A stretch of DNA of 62,940 nucleotides, the filler included, from Octopus bimaculoides (Eukaryota), in assembly GCF_001194135.2 (NCBI RefSeq). It is 6 parts of 5 records of this genome, joined end to end, with 100 filler letters (N's around TTAATTAATTAA, not from the genome) between each part and the next. Parts side by side here need not be neighbours in the genome. Positions count along the whole stretch, not along the records: positions 7,767 to 15,918 come from NC_068986.1; positions 16,019 to 45,872 come from NC_068999.1; 4 more parts are not named here. One strand, 5' to 3'. The position numbers and the translations under genes are program-made. Position 1 is the stretch's first letter; every line of letters starts with the position of its first letter. The notes under the pieces were generated by a model. It saw only the letters and a list, made by a program, of their open reading frames with translations. It was not told the DNA's origin and ran no database searches. Shown piece by piece: positions 12,064 to 25,527 of this stretch.

Positions 12064-12414
12064 ACGGACTGCATATACAACCGTGTTTAAACCTAAGTTT
12101 CAAGGCAGCATCGTATTTGTGACCGGCTAGTGTTATTTATATTATTAATCTAATAGTTTACATTAAGTTCTTCGAGAAGCTTGAGGCTGTGTTATTCAGA
12201 GAATAATCATAAACTACATGGGAGTGGGATATATTGAATGTTGTGTAATCTAAGAAGATATTTCTATATATATATATATATACGTATTCGTGCGTAATAC
12301 TTTACTGAAATATTCATGTATCAGATATTCATGTATCAGATATTCATGTATGAATTAGAATATTTATATATATATAATTTTTCCATTATATTTTACCCCG
12401 TTTTTAAACATATA

Positions 12415-12447
<33 letters not shown>

Positions 12448-12501
12448 TACTTTACCAAAAATTTTAAAACATACATCCATCTCCCTTTGTTGCTGTTCTC
12501 G

Positions 12502-12513
12502 CTATTACTACTG

Positions 12514-12561
<48 letters not shown>
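12502..12561. repeat. (CTA)n microsatellite
   Basis: Direct reading. Confidence 0.95.
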
Positions 12562-12738
12562 TAGTTACTAGTACCGACGATGCAACCGCTTATACTTCCG
12601 CTGAACACTCCTTATGGCTGGTCCCTTATCTCCAGTATTTCTTTGACAGTGTCCTCTGTAGATGGGTGAAATTGTAATTCCCTCTTCGCATTGTAAGAAT
12701 CTCTATGTGTAAATGTTTTATTTGCTTTCTTGTGTGTG

Positions 12739-12773
<35 letters not shown>

Positions 12774-13002
12774 ATGCTCGTCCGCGTACGCCCGAATGTG
12801 TATAGTAAAGCAGTCGTCCTGTGGCTGGTGACGGCTGTTAAGCTGTTATCAAACTAACGATGGCTAGTAACCCGAAACTTCGAAGTCACAGACGTTCATT
12901 TCCATGTAAACATAAGTATGGTACCATTGTAAATGCTACTGAATGATCCTTCAATTTTATATTCAACTGTTTTTATATACAGCTTCACATAAAAGACAAA
13001 TA

Positions 13003-13152
<150 letters not shown>

Positions 13153-14725
13153 TGTGTGAGTGCGTCTGAATGTGTGTTGTGTGTTACCCTATAATCACAT
13201 TGACGTTACTGTTTCCTTCATGGCGCACATACGACTATACACATTGCGATATTTGCGCATAAATGCACACACATTTGATAAAATGTCTTTAGGAAATATA
13301 AAAGAAATAAAATAAAATGAAAATAGAGATGTACGCAGAACTATTTTATCAAAGAGTTTGAAAATAAAGAAATAAATGCATAAAATATTTAAAAAAAAAA
13401 AACAGGAAATAATAAACAGAAAGAAGTAACACTATTGAGCTTTAGCGATAATTCTCAAAAGAAACGCAGACATTTATATAATCAAAACAATACTATGTCT
13501 TTCAGCTTCACAATTCATGTTATCTGGTCAATGTTGATTCCGATTTGGTGTCTTGTTTAAAAGAAATATTCTCAAAGAAAACATTTAGATATATAATACA
13601 TATAGCTTGTGGCGAACTGTAATCCTGGTGAGAATTAACATAGAATGTCTCGGTTTTTGTCGAGAGCTATTTTAGCCAATAGATGAGGTAGTAGTAAAAC
13701 TTTTGTCAGTTAAATCGGTATGAATATGTGTGTGTGTGCCCACGTAATGGCCATGTATATATTAACACAGTTATACATACATTCCTATATATATATATGT
13801 TATGTGTGCCAGCGAGAGCGTTTGGGGGGGGGCGTGTATAGAATCGAATCCTTCATAATTTTTCTCCATCTTCTCAATATCGGATGTTATGAATACAGAA
13901 TGTTTTTTTTTTTTAGATATTGCGGAGCTACAGCATCAGTTTTTCTTCCCCCAGCTCAAGATCACAGTTAAACAAGTATGTACGTTGACTGTGGATTTAA
14001 TCTACTTTAGTATTTTACAGAAATAGGAGACACTATATTGCTGCTCGATCTCCTAAATATATCAGTCAACTTTCCCTCAAATCACAATTTCACGTCATCA
14101 ACTAGAAAGGACACAATTAGAGGATGTTGTTCTACATATCCAGGAAATGAACGATACCCACGATTAGCATGTCTTTGGTCATCGATTGTTATCGATCAGG
14201 AATGATTGATATTAATGGCGGAGTATATACAATGTCGCATAATCTCCTACAAGATACATCCAAATCCCCCTCATACCAGAATAAAGCCACTTGAAGAAAA
14301 CGTCACTTTGCTTATGTATATAGTCCTAAATATACTAAGTCTGAAAGAAAAAAACATAGAATCGTTAAGGCAAAAACACTTTCATCACAAGTCTCTTGGA
14401 TCAAGGTAGAGCTGCGTTGTCTTTTAATTGTTTTATTCATTTGAGTGTGGTGATGCTGGGACACCGCCTCCTCGAAGAGTTTAGTCAAAAGATTCAACTT
14501 CAGTTCTAATATTTAAAGTCTGGTATTTAGACTATCGCTGGGTTACAAGGATACAAACAAGGTAAAATCTGTTGCCAAGCGCTGCGCGTGAAGCAAGCAT
14601 TAAGACACATACTCATATTTGTATAGGTACATGTATAAATGTATACATATGCTCACTTGCATACATGCATATATTTTCTTTGGTCAATACACGGTGATCG
14701 CTTATAAGTTTTAAGCTTATAAAAA

Positions 14726-14739
14726 TATTATTATTATTA

Positions 14740-14817
<78 letters not shown>
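14726..14817. repeat. (TTA)n microsatellite
   Basis: Direct reading. Confidence 0.95.
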
Positions 14818-14821
<4 letters not shown>

Positions 14822-15010
14822 CTAGATCATCTGTGGCAAATGTGGCGAATCCTACATAGGAAGCACAGCAAGAAAGCTGCATATAAACATTAAGGAACAC
14901 ATGCAGGCAGACGTTTCCGTGAAGGAACGTCTACGGAAACGCCAGACCCGGGAATTCACAGTGCACATCAAGGCAACACAACGGAACAGGGGCAACCTTA
15001 GAAACATGAT
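14817..15010 (+). mobile_element. GIY-YIG endonuclease remnant, probably from a Penelope-like retroelement
   Basis: Translates IY*IICGKCGESYIGSTARKLHINIKEHMQ, fitting the VYxIxCxxCxxxYIGxTxRxLxxRxxEH pattern; in-frame stop, no RT nearby. Confidence 0.7.
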
Positions 15011-16127
15011 ACATAGAATAATATTATACATTTTGATTGGAAAAAGAAATAATCAAGTGTCTTAATATTTCACTTAAGCGTCACCAGATTATTAAGTGTT
15101 GTCTTTTCCTCTTAGATTATTTTCTGTATCGTTAATAATTGCCATAATTCGACTTTTTTTTTTTTATTTGAGTAATCGTTACGTTGATCAGTTAAATGTT
15201 TTGGAGTGACTATATTTCGATTATTCTACTTCGATCAATTGTTTTCGATAAACTGACACGTCACCGGTAAATATGATACATCAGTCATAGTGTAAAGGTT
15301 GTCATGGTAATACCACAACTGTTTTGGCCTTCTCTCGTTGAAATAGTGAAGAAAATATAAAAAGGTTTTATCCTTGTAGTTACAAACAGGAAGCAAAAAC
15401 ATTGTCGTAGTAAATAGAATAGGTTTTGTTATTTGCTGTCACTATCAATTGATATTTTAGGTGACCTTCAATAGGGTTGTACAATACGTTTCATCGTTTC
15501 AGGTTATGATTAGAAATTCAAAACGAGACGATGTTGTTATTATGTTGGAACAATAAAATGAATATATGACTGTGTGGTGAAGAAGCTCGTTTTGAACCAC
15601 ATGAATTGGTGTTGAGTATCACTGTTTAGCACCTTGGGCAAGTGGCTCCTACTGTAATAGCCCTAGTCCGATCTATATTTAATCCTTTATACTGAACACT
15701 CAATATTTCATCTATTCAATAAGACATATTCCATATATTCAATAAGACATTCAATACTTTATTTCATAGTACCATCCATTTTTATTTTATATTATATATC
15801 GTATATTCCATATTCTATATCCCACATTGGTTTTGCAGGAATATAAATAAGACATAAAAAACAGACAGTGTTGGAACTCTTTTAAACAAAATAATATATA
15901 TATATATATATATATATANNNNNNNNNNNNNNNNNNNNNNNNNNNNNNNNNNNNNNNNNNNNTTAATTAATTAANNNNNNNNNNNNNNNNNNNNNNNNNN
16001 NNNNNNNNNNNNNNNNNNCTGCTGCTGCCACTGTTACCACCGCCTCCTTCGCCACTTCCGCTACTGCTACCGGGCCCATGAGCCTGGCTAGGCTTTAAAA
16101 GGGCGCATTTGCTATAATAGAAAACAT

Positions 16128-16360
16128 AGGGCGAAGAGCTGGCAGAAACGTTAGCATGCCGGGTGAAATACTTAGCGGTATTTCGTCTGCCGTTACGTTC
16201 TGAGTTCAAATTCCGCCGAGATCGACTTTGCCTTTCGTTCTTTCGGGGTCGATAAATTAAGTACCAGTTACGCACTGGGGTCGATATAATCGACTTAATT
16301 CCTTTGTCTGTCCTTGTTTGTCCTCTCTATGTTTAGCCCCTTGTGGGCAATAAAAAAATA
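16128..16360 (+). mobile_element. SINE family B, young copy nested in a family A SINE
   Basis: TSD AGAAAACAT at 16119-16127 and 16361-16369; the family A head continues on the - strand at 16370-16445. Confidence 0.8.
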
Positions 16361-17340
16361 AGAAAACATTTGCCCAAGGTACCACGTCGTGGGACTGAAC
16401 CTGGAACCATGCGGTTGGGAAGCAAGCTTCTTAACACACACCCACGCCTCTGTGTGTCTTTGTGTCGGTGTTTGTCCCCCACTACCGCTTGACAACTGAT
16501 GTTGGTGTGCTTACGTCCCCGTAATTTAGCGCTTTGGCAAAAAAAGACCGATAGAAGAATTACCAAACTTTAAAAGAAAGTAAGTACTGGAGTCAAATAG
16601 TTCGATTGAAAATTCCTAAAAGCCGCGCTCCAGCATGGCCGCGTGAAGGAAACGACTGAAAGATAAAAAGAAATATTAACTGCGTCTCTGTGCACGTGCA
16701 AACACATTCTGGACTGCATTGAAGGAAAAGACATAACTGGGAGAAGTAAACCTTTTTTTCACTAGCATTCATCCAAAAGAAAACTATTGATCTGCCTACA
16801 GCCTTTATCTTGTTTCTTCTTTTGCAAAGGCCACACTGCTCTTCTGAACAAACTATGGTAAACTGGGTGCACCTGTCTCGCAAACTGCTCCTCGGCACAT
16901 CCTTCCACTCATACATACACTTTCCGTTTATTTCTCGTCACCTTTTTGATTACTAAAGCAATAATTGAAATGGAATATTGAACTTGGTCTAGTTTTCCTT
17001 GACCAAAAGTCTGAGGAGGAGCGAGGGAAAACAAAACAAAGGGAAGTGAGCATTGTCCGTTTTTAGACTACGAGAAAGCAATAATTTTGTGTCATTAGAT
17101 GTCAATGTCTGCATTATTTCGCCTAATCGTGCTCAGAAAAATAGATATATAAAAATAAACTATCAACATCAATCAGCAGAAAATCATCCTTTAAAATTAA
17201 GTTTTATTTTTTACATCAACAAATTCAAAGAAAATTTTAAACGTGTTACTATTCCAGTTTACATGCAATTAAATTTTATTATCGTTCTTTTTTCGTCAGA
17301 CATTTTTGTTTTTTTGTTTTTAATGTGAAAAGAAACAAAA

Positions 17341-17466
17341 AATTATTCCAGCCGGAAGTGAACCGGTAACACTGTGTTGTCACTGCGCATGCGACTCAAT
17401 ATGGCTGCCAGCATAAGCAGCGTCCGTGAGGACTGCTTTTAAAATAGTCGCGAATTACGCACGAAG
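17341..17466 (+). promoter_or_regulatory. ZC3H13 proximal promoter / 5' UTR
   Basis: Local CpG-rich patch with CCGGAAGTG (ETS-type, 17352-60), TGCGCATGCG (NRF1-type, 17384-93) and AATATGGCTGCC (YY1-like, 17398-409), within ~115 nt of the ATG. Confidence 0.7.
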
Positions 17467-17601
17467 ATGAGCAAATCAAGACGCAAGGTTACTGTTGATA
17501 CAGCTAAATCGGTGTCTGATGAGAGTGAAAAGAGAAAACCAAGTGTTTTCGAGAGACTAGGACCTGGAGGCGGTCAAAGAAAATATGAGTATGAACCTGA
17601 G
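17467..17601 (+). CDS. ZC3H13: ZC3H13 first coding exon
   Basis: MSKSRRKVTVDTAKSVSDESEKRKPSVFERLGPGGG matches recalled human MSKIRRKVTVENTKTISDSTSRRPSVFERLGP; donor GAG/GTAAGG at 17602, phase 0. Confidence 0.93.
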
Positions 17602-18399
17602 GTAAGGTGCTATTTACCCTCTTATCTCTGTGTCTGTGTCTCTATCCACTCTCTTCATGTCCTCTGTCTCTCTCTTACCTTTTACTTCTTCTTTTTATGT
17701 TTTACGAGGGAAATTGATCTTCGTGAAAACTCCTAAATCTATAATTACTAAAGATTTCCTAACATACTAAAACATAACGTTCGATTGGCCCTGATTGCCT
17801 TGTCATTAGTATTCTGTTTGTTTCATGTCTTCGATCATTGGCTCGTGTTACAAGTAAACATAATACGCGTTGTTCCAGTTATTTTCATTGAATCGCACTC
17901 CACATCGGGATGGAAATGTAATTTTCTCCCTGTTTGTTCCTGATCAAACCACATATATATAGAGCTATAAGAACCAAACATGTATAATTTAATACCACGA
18001 GCATTTTTTCAGAGCTGTTGCTATTTATTAAGGAGATATATTGTCGCACCTTTTTTTACGTTGAGCCTCTGCTTTTAAAGCATTTTATTATTATTATTAC
18101 AGTTAATTCACCGGAAAGAAAAATATTATAGCGATTTAGTTACAAGATCCGTAGAAGAATTAAAAAGAGCATAATCATGTTGAACAATACAATTGTGTGT
18201 GAAACAAGGTGGACAAACAAAATAATAAAAAGCATGGATGTAACATGATTTCATTTTCCCCTCCTCTCTATTTGTCTGCTGCCTTGATTCTAGATCGAAA
18301 ATTATTATATCTTAACATTCGGGGATATGGAAGTTTTATTTCCGAAAGTAAAATCAGAGGGAATTCTTTAGGCCTCAACCCTACCAAAAAAAAACAAAA

Positions 18400-18482
18400 A
18401 AAAAACAATATCGATTACTAACAAAAAAAAAAAAAACAATATCGATTACTAACAAAAAAAAAAAAACAGTATCGATTACTAA
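18400..18482. repeat. ~30-bp tandem repeat x3 (A-run + CAATATCGATTACTAAC)
   Basis: Direct reading; no unique spacers. Confidence 0.85.
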
Positions 18483-19432
18483 ATTGTATTATATATTTTT
18501 CTAGATAAAGGATACCCTAGTTTTCCCTTTAAGAAGCATACCTTACCCACAAACGTCCCCTCACTGATTTTTCCCCCCTCATAACTTTCAGAAAAATGGG
18601 TATCTTTTAATGACATTTTCAACATTTTAACTAAATTTTCGACAAATTGCTTTCAGATGAATATATAGGAATTTGTTGGGGGGAAAAAAAAAATTCCCGA
18701 GTGGGGTGGGGTGGGGTGAGGAGTTCTGGACCCTACTTCTTTTTTTCCTCATGACTTTCAGAGAAATAGGTATTTCTTGATGAAATTTTCTGCAAATACA
18801 TTTCAGATAGTTTAGATGACGACTATATTGGAATTTATTGTTGAAAAATTGGGGAAGGGCGGATATTTCACGACCTGGACTTTGTTTCCTCATACGTCTT
18901 TGCTTCTTAACTACATGGCTCTGGGTTCAGTCCCACTGCATGGTACTTGAACAAGTGTTACCTACTATAGCATCGGGCTTGCCTAAAGCTTTGTGAGTGG
19001 ATTTGATACACGGAAACCGAAAGAAGTCTGTTATATATATATATATATGTGTGTGTGTCCGCCACCGCCACTTGACAACTGGTGTTAGTTTGTTTATGTT
19101 CCCATACTTTAGCGGTTTGGCAAAACTGAATGATAGAATAAGTGCTAGGCTTTAAAAAATAAGTCCTGGGGTAGATTTGTTCGACTAAAAGGCGGTGCCC
19201 TCGCTTGCCCACAGTCCTAAGACTGTAACATGCATATATAAAATATACCAGCAAAATTTAAAAAGAAAATAGAGATGAAATGGGTGGTATGGCTGTTATT
19301 GATATTCTTCAGGTCTTAGAACATACCAACGTGATCCCTACTATTTCTTGCATGCGAAATGACTGTACATGATGGATTACCTTTGAGTTTGATGAAATGG
19401 GAGAGAAAAGTCTGCGATAAAGATAATGAAAG

Positions 19433-19477
<45 letters not shown>

Positions 19478-19763
19478 NNNNNNNNNNNNNNNNNNNNNNN
19501 NNNNNNNNNNNNNNNNNNNNNNNNNNNNNNNNNNNNNNNNNNNNNNNNNNNNNNNNNNNNNNNNNNNNNNNNNNNNNNNNNNNNNNNNNNNNNNNNNNNN
19601 NNNNNNNNNNNNNNNNNNNNNNNNNNNNNNNNNNNNNNNNNNNNNNNNNNNNNNNNNNNNNNNNNNNNNNNNNNNNNNNNNNNNNNNNNNNNNNNNNNNN
19701 NNNNNNNNNNNNNNNNNNNNNNNNNNNNNNNNNNNNNNNNNNNNNNNNNNNNNNNNNNNNNNN

Positions 19764-19818
<55 letters not shown>

Positions 19819-22800
19819 TACATACATACTGACAGATAGATAGATGTGTGTGTGTATGTACATGTTTATATACTTTTGTATGACTTGATGTGAAATAGTG
19901 TGTTGAATCAGATATTGTTATTCATACTTTACCAATTAAACACACGCCTTATGCGTGTTTAATTGGCGAAATATGACCTATCCGAAGTATTATAAAATCC
20001 GAAGTATTACAAGTATTACAAATTTATTCACAGTATTTTAGTTAGTGATTTTTCATTGCTTTAAAAATGCCCGTTCTTTTAACTTAATTGCATTTCATCT
20101 TATTGCTCAATTTATATATATATATATATTATTGATGTTAGAGCTTCATTCATGTTGCATGTCTTGCCAGCGTTCTTCCCACATGCATGCCATATGTATA
20201 CTTATGCATATACACTATAGGAATACATGATACAATAATATCAATACCATGTAAAACATGCTCTCTTAAAGATAGCGTGTTCGCACTATGTGTGTGTGTG
20301 TGTATTGATTTTTTAAAAATGATCTTCGAAACAAGAATCTTGTGTTCTTCACTTCCTATCAATTGTTTACTCTGACATTTGACTATTTTCCCCTTCTCCC
20401 CCACCTAAAACTCCGCCAACTACCAAAGATAAATCTCATCTCGTGTATTTTCGTTTTGTTGTACTGTCACAATTATCTCCCCACCTTTTTCTTTCATGTA
20501 AACACACACGCACACACACACATATCCATCTGTGTGTTAAAAATGGGGTAAAAACAAAATATGCAGTGTGGAATTTTGGCTGAAACCTGCAGTCAAATAT
20601 AATGATAAAGTGTGACTGTCTGCTATCTTTTTTTTTTGTATTTACAAAAATAAACTAATCTTCAGTATTTGATCGGGAAATGATAAAATATCTAAACTCG
20701 CCTCGTTTGTTTACGAAATAATATTTCATATAAAAATATTGATTATTTTGAGACTAACGCTTCAGACCAACATCGCGTATGGAAATACCATTTTTTTTTG
20801 TCTGTACGTGAAAACGATCTTTGGGTCTTCCCATCCTCTCCAGCTATTTTTATTATGATTTGTCTTTGTTTTTCCTTTCGCAATCCACATGGAAGCTTAT
20901 GTTTATAAAGCTGGATTATTAGAATTATGTGAGAGCGCCATAATAACAGTCTTCATATTTTGTTTTTTTTTGTTTTTTGTTATTTCTCTTACCTTCGTAG
21001 TCGATATTTAGAGTTTACATCATCCTTCTTATTAAATTATGGATGCTGTGCGCAAATTGAGTTTTAGATAGACGTGTATGAGCATTTAAATTCATTGTAA
21101 TCTAATTCTGGAACATTATTCTGTAACCAATGCCGAATAATTGAGATTCCCATAATCATGAGTTTTTCAACCCTTATCGTTTTAAAACAACTTCTTCTTC
21201 TTCTTCTTCTTCTTATGGTGGTGGTGGTGATGGCGAACTGGCAGAGTCGTTACGTTCTGAGTTCTAATTCCTTCCAGGTCAACTTCACTTTTCATCCTTT
21301 CCGTGGTCGATGAAATAAGTACCAGTTAAATACTGGTTGATGTAATCGACTCTCTCCCTACAAAATTTCAGGTCTTGTTCCTGTAGTAGAAAGAATTAAT
21401 ATTATTATTTTAGATGTGTCTAAAAATATGGTACATTCCACCTTTCCTTTTCATTCTGTATCATCCTACCAGAGGGATCTAATATTCTTAGATCTATCTT
21501 CACCGTTTATCTCATATTTTCCTCTGTCAGTCCATGCTGGTTTTTCACCCAGTTCATTCGGACCTGCAGTCATCAGCTGCTTTTTAATATCCATTGTTTT
21601 ACCTTTCATGTAACTTGGATATTCATTTTACCATACTCAATTTGCTTTGCTGATCAATGCTCTCATCTCAGTATCATGTAGCACGACTTTCCTTACACAT
21701 GTTCATTACAGATATTGCTATGTATAAACACTTTGTTACTGAAAGATGTAACAGCTTCCTGGACTTTTCACCACCTTCTTGTAGTTACTGTACATTCAGT
21801 ACATCCACCTTATGTCCTAGTTTGGTCACCTCAATAAAAAGCACGTCAACTGCATCTAGCGTGCCATCGAAGTAGTTCGTAAATTTCATTTATATTTTAT
21901 ACATTTAAAGTACTTTTTCCAGCTGCATAATACATATCTGATATTAAGTGCAAGTTCCAGATTTAAAATCATGTCTATGTATATATACTCTTTTACATCT
22001 TTTTGAAATACTGATTATGTTTGTTTTTCTCTTTTAATTTAAAAAAATTAAATTGGAAATTTTATTAATTATGGATCAGTTTTTGACATATTAGATCTAA
22101 TATGTTGCTGTGCTAAAACCTCACTTCAGAAAATATTGCTAAAGGAATATTTCAATATTTCAATTTTATTCATGGTATAGGCATAACTGTGTACTTGAGA
22201 AGTTTCCTTCTCACTGTGTGACACCTTGGGGGTAGTGTCTTCTACAATAACCCTGTGCCAACCCAACCAAAGCCTTATGAGTGAATTTGGTGAATGGAAA
22301 CTGTAAGAAGCCCTTCATGTGTGTGTGTATTCTTGTCTTAACATCACATGGTGGTTGCAAATGTACATTGCTGTCATACAAGCAATGTTGTTCACTTTCA
22401 TTCTTCTGTGAAAAATATGGCCTGACTATGGGGAACTATTACCTTGCTTTGAAACAGGTGATGGTTAGTGACAGGAAGAGCGTCTTGCCTTCACAATTCC
22501 AACTGATCCATGTAAGCATGGAAAAACAGATAAATGGTATATGATGGTGATAGCATTTCTCCTGTTATTATTTCTAATTGTTGAAGGTAGCATGCTGGGC
22601 AAAATGCTTAGCAGTATTTTGTCTGTCTTTGCGTTCTGAGTTCAAATGCTTCTGGGGGTCAATAAAATAAGTATCAGTTGAGCTCTATGGTTGATGTAAT
22701 CGACTATCCCCTTTCCCCAAAATGGTTAGTGGTATTTCACCTCTCTTTACATTCTGAGTTCAAATCTTGTGAAGGTCCACTTTGCCTTTCATCCTTTCAG

Positions 22801-25527
22801 GGTTGATAAAATAAGCACCAGTTGAACACTGGTGGGTCAGTATAATCAACTAATACCCTCCCCTCAATTTACTGGCCTTCTACCAAAATTTGAAGCCATT
22901 ATTATTATTACTATTTTTTTGTCTGCTACAGAAATTTCCTAATGTAAAACTATGTTAAGTAAGAGGCAGTTTAAAAGAAGGTGCTTTCTTTATTGACGAA
23001 TGAGCAGTGTTCTTGTAGAGCAATAAAAACTTCCAAATTTCTATCTACTGTTAACCTTCTTGAATTTGAAACATGATTACTTTGTCAGTTGTCCTGTTGA
23101 TTTTGTCTCCTAGAACATTTGCTTGAGGGCGGTATGATGTAATTCTTTGATGTTGTATACTCTATAGAACTAAAAAAAACTTTGTAACCTTATAGCTTAT
23201 AAATTGTGGATTACCATCAGAAACAATTCATTTTAAAATTTCCCAAGATGTAAAAAGAAATTCCATGCAGCTGATCAAAGTATGAGTTCCAGTTGATCTG
23301 TGGCCAATATGATGTTGTATCTACAATAGCCAAAGGATCTTTCCTATTGGGTACTAGCCCAAGTCTACATATAGTTTCTGCTATATGTTTGGTCTTGTAA
23401 ACATTATAAAGAGGTTCCAATGGGTCAAATAGTTCTCAAGTGATACATCAACGTCATTGTCATCATTTTAATGTCCACTTTCCTATGCTTGCATGAGTTG
23501 GATGGAGTTTGCCAACATAATGTAGCAATCCTGGTTGAGATGAATGTTACTGTTGTTTAACCCCAGGAAACACAGTCTCCGGCTGGTTATACAACACAAT
23601 ATCTGTGTCTTTTTATTTTTGAATAGGAGAGTTCAGCATCTCCTCTTAGCAATTAGATTGGATTTGATTGCCTATGTTCAGTCCACTGCAGGATGAAGGC
23701 TTTAGCATGTTCTCTCCACCAACTGCAGTCTGATGTGGAGGCTGTGAATTTGCGCTTGAGATCATTTTGATGAGCCTACTCTGCCACACTGGCTCAATAT
23801 GGCTTGGCAGAGGTTATATATATATATGTAATAAATGTGTGTGTCTGTGTTTGTCTCCACCACTGCTTGACAACTGGTGTTGGTTTGTTTGTGCCCCAGC
23901 TTGAGGCAGCGCCTTGAAGAATCCAGTGATTGAAGCAAATAAAAGTTAAAAGATAAAGATAGCAAAGTCTTCCTTTTCAGTTTGCTAATTCCATCATTTA
24001 ATTTTCATTAGAATTTTAGATGCTTAGGAAATAAAGTGGTTTTCACATTTGGAGTCATATGTCAGTATGGTTTCTGTTTCAACAGGATGTGTATCAACAT
24101 AGAAATTTACTGTTTAGTGTCAAATTGTGTGATATTGTGCCTTGTTTTAATTCTTGATATTTTATACTTTGTTTATTACTCTTCCTCTCACTTTTGTCAT
24201 TTTTCGCTATGTATTTATCTAAATAGATAAATGTAGTATGAAATAACTAAGAAAGTTGAGTTTTCCCTAAAAGCATATGAATTTGGTGGGGGGGGGGGTT
24301 GTAATGTTGGGGTCTTTCACAATGGTAATCTTATTCTCTGGATTAACTTCTTAATTTGAAACAAAGCCAAGATATGCTACCTTTTGTGGTACAATGTGAG
24401 ACCATTGTTATATAATATTAAGTGTCAGTTTAACGTTATGTCTTTGTTTTGTTTTGTTTTTTTTACTTACCATAGACTAGAATATCATTACTTATGTTAG
24501 GGTCATGTGTATAAAAAACACCAAGAAACTGAATGATTACTTGAGATACTTGGAAGAGATTACAAAGTAACAAAATCCACCGGCTGGAAGAAGCAAATAT
24601 TGTTATATGACATGATCATGGATCTAATATCACTTGGTGATATTCCATATTAATACTTAGTTTTGAAAAGAAGCATAATCCATTCAGTGTTTTAGTACCT
24701 TTTCAACAGTAGGTATTGGATATCTGTATTTGGTCAATATAGGTCTACGCACATATGAACTTTGCCATCTTAGTTTGGCAGTGCTACACAATGCAGTTTT
24801 TAATGGTGAAACTCACATTGTACAGCCATCGACTTTCTCAGTGATGCCTGGTTGTAACAAAACCTTCATTTCCTTCTATTTGTTTCTTTATATGAAATGA
24901 CATCCATGTGAATATCATATGAAATGGTATTCATTTGAGGTTGTATTGCAGGTTTTATATAATTTTTGATAATTTTAACATCAAGTTGTTTAATTTGATG
25001 CTTTTTTTTTGAAAACTTCAAGGAATTGTTTAGTAATTCAGTCATCTTTTCTTTCTGAAAGAACATTTAACAAAGCTTGTCATACCATGTAAGAAACATT
25101 CATGCTCCAATAAATAGCCATCAGTTGTAGATTTAGTAACAAATATCCTATTAAACATTGCTCCAGAACCATCATTTGAATGGTATGAGTATTCCATTAA
25201 TTTTTATTTGTTGTTTAGTGTTGATCACTATCCTAAGTATGAAATATAAACTCATTATCATTGAATGACAGTACGTTTTCCATGTAAATTATTTCAGCCA
25301 CTGTTCATGTGGTTGTGAGCAAAAATATTACTTAGGTTATGAAAACTATGATTTCCTTATGACCGGTTTTTAAAATGTTACGGTGTAACTGTGTGGATAA
25401 GAAGCATACTTTGCAACCATGTAGTTTCCGGTTCAGCCCTACTGTGCCAATTTGGACAAGTGTCTTCTGCTGTAGCCAAGTAAAACAATGCCATGTGTAT
25501 GTGTATGTGTGTGTGTGTGTACATATA

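Noticed and set aside
13917-14105. Exon-like pair (13917-13975 and 14021 onward)
   Set aside because: The intron would be only 45 nt, frames close quickly, and no recognisable protein results.
16593-16916. Cys-containing 107-aa ORF divergent from ZC3H13
   Set aside because: Its 3' part runs into a SINE tail; no recognisable domain or splice support.
18400-18482. 30-bp repeats as a CRISPR array
   Set aside because: No unique spacers or cas genes; eukaryotic intron.
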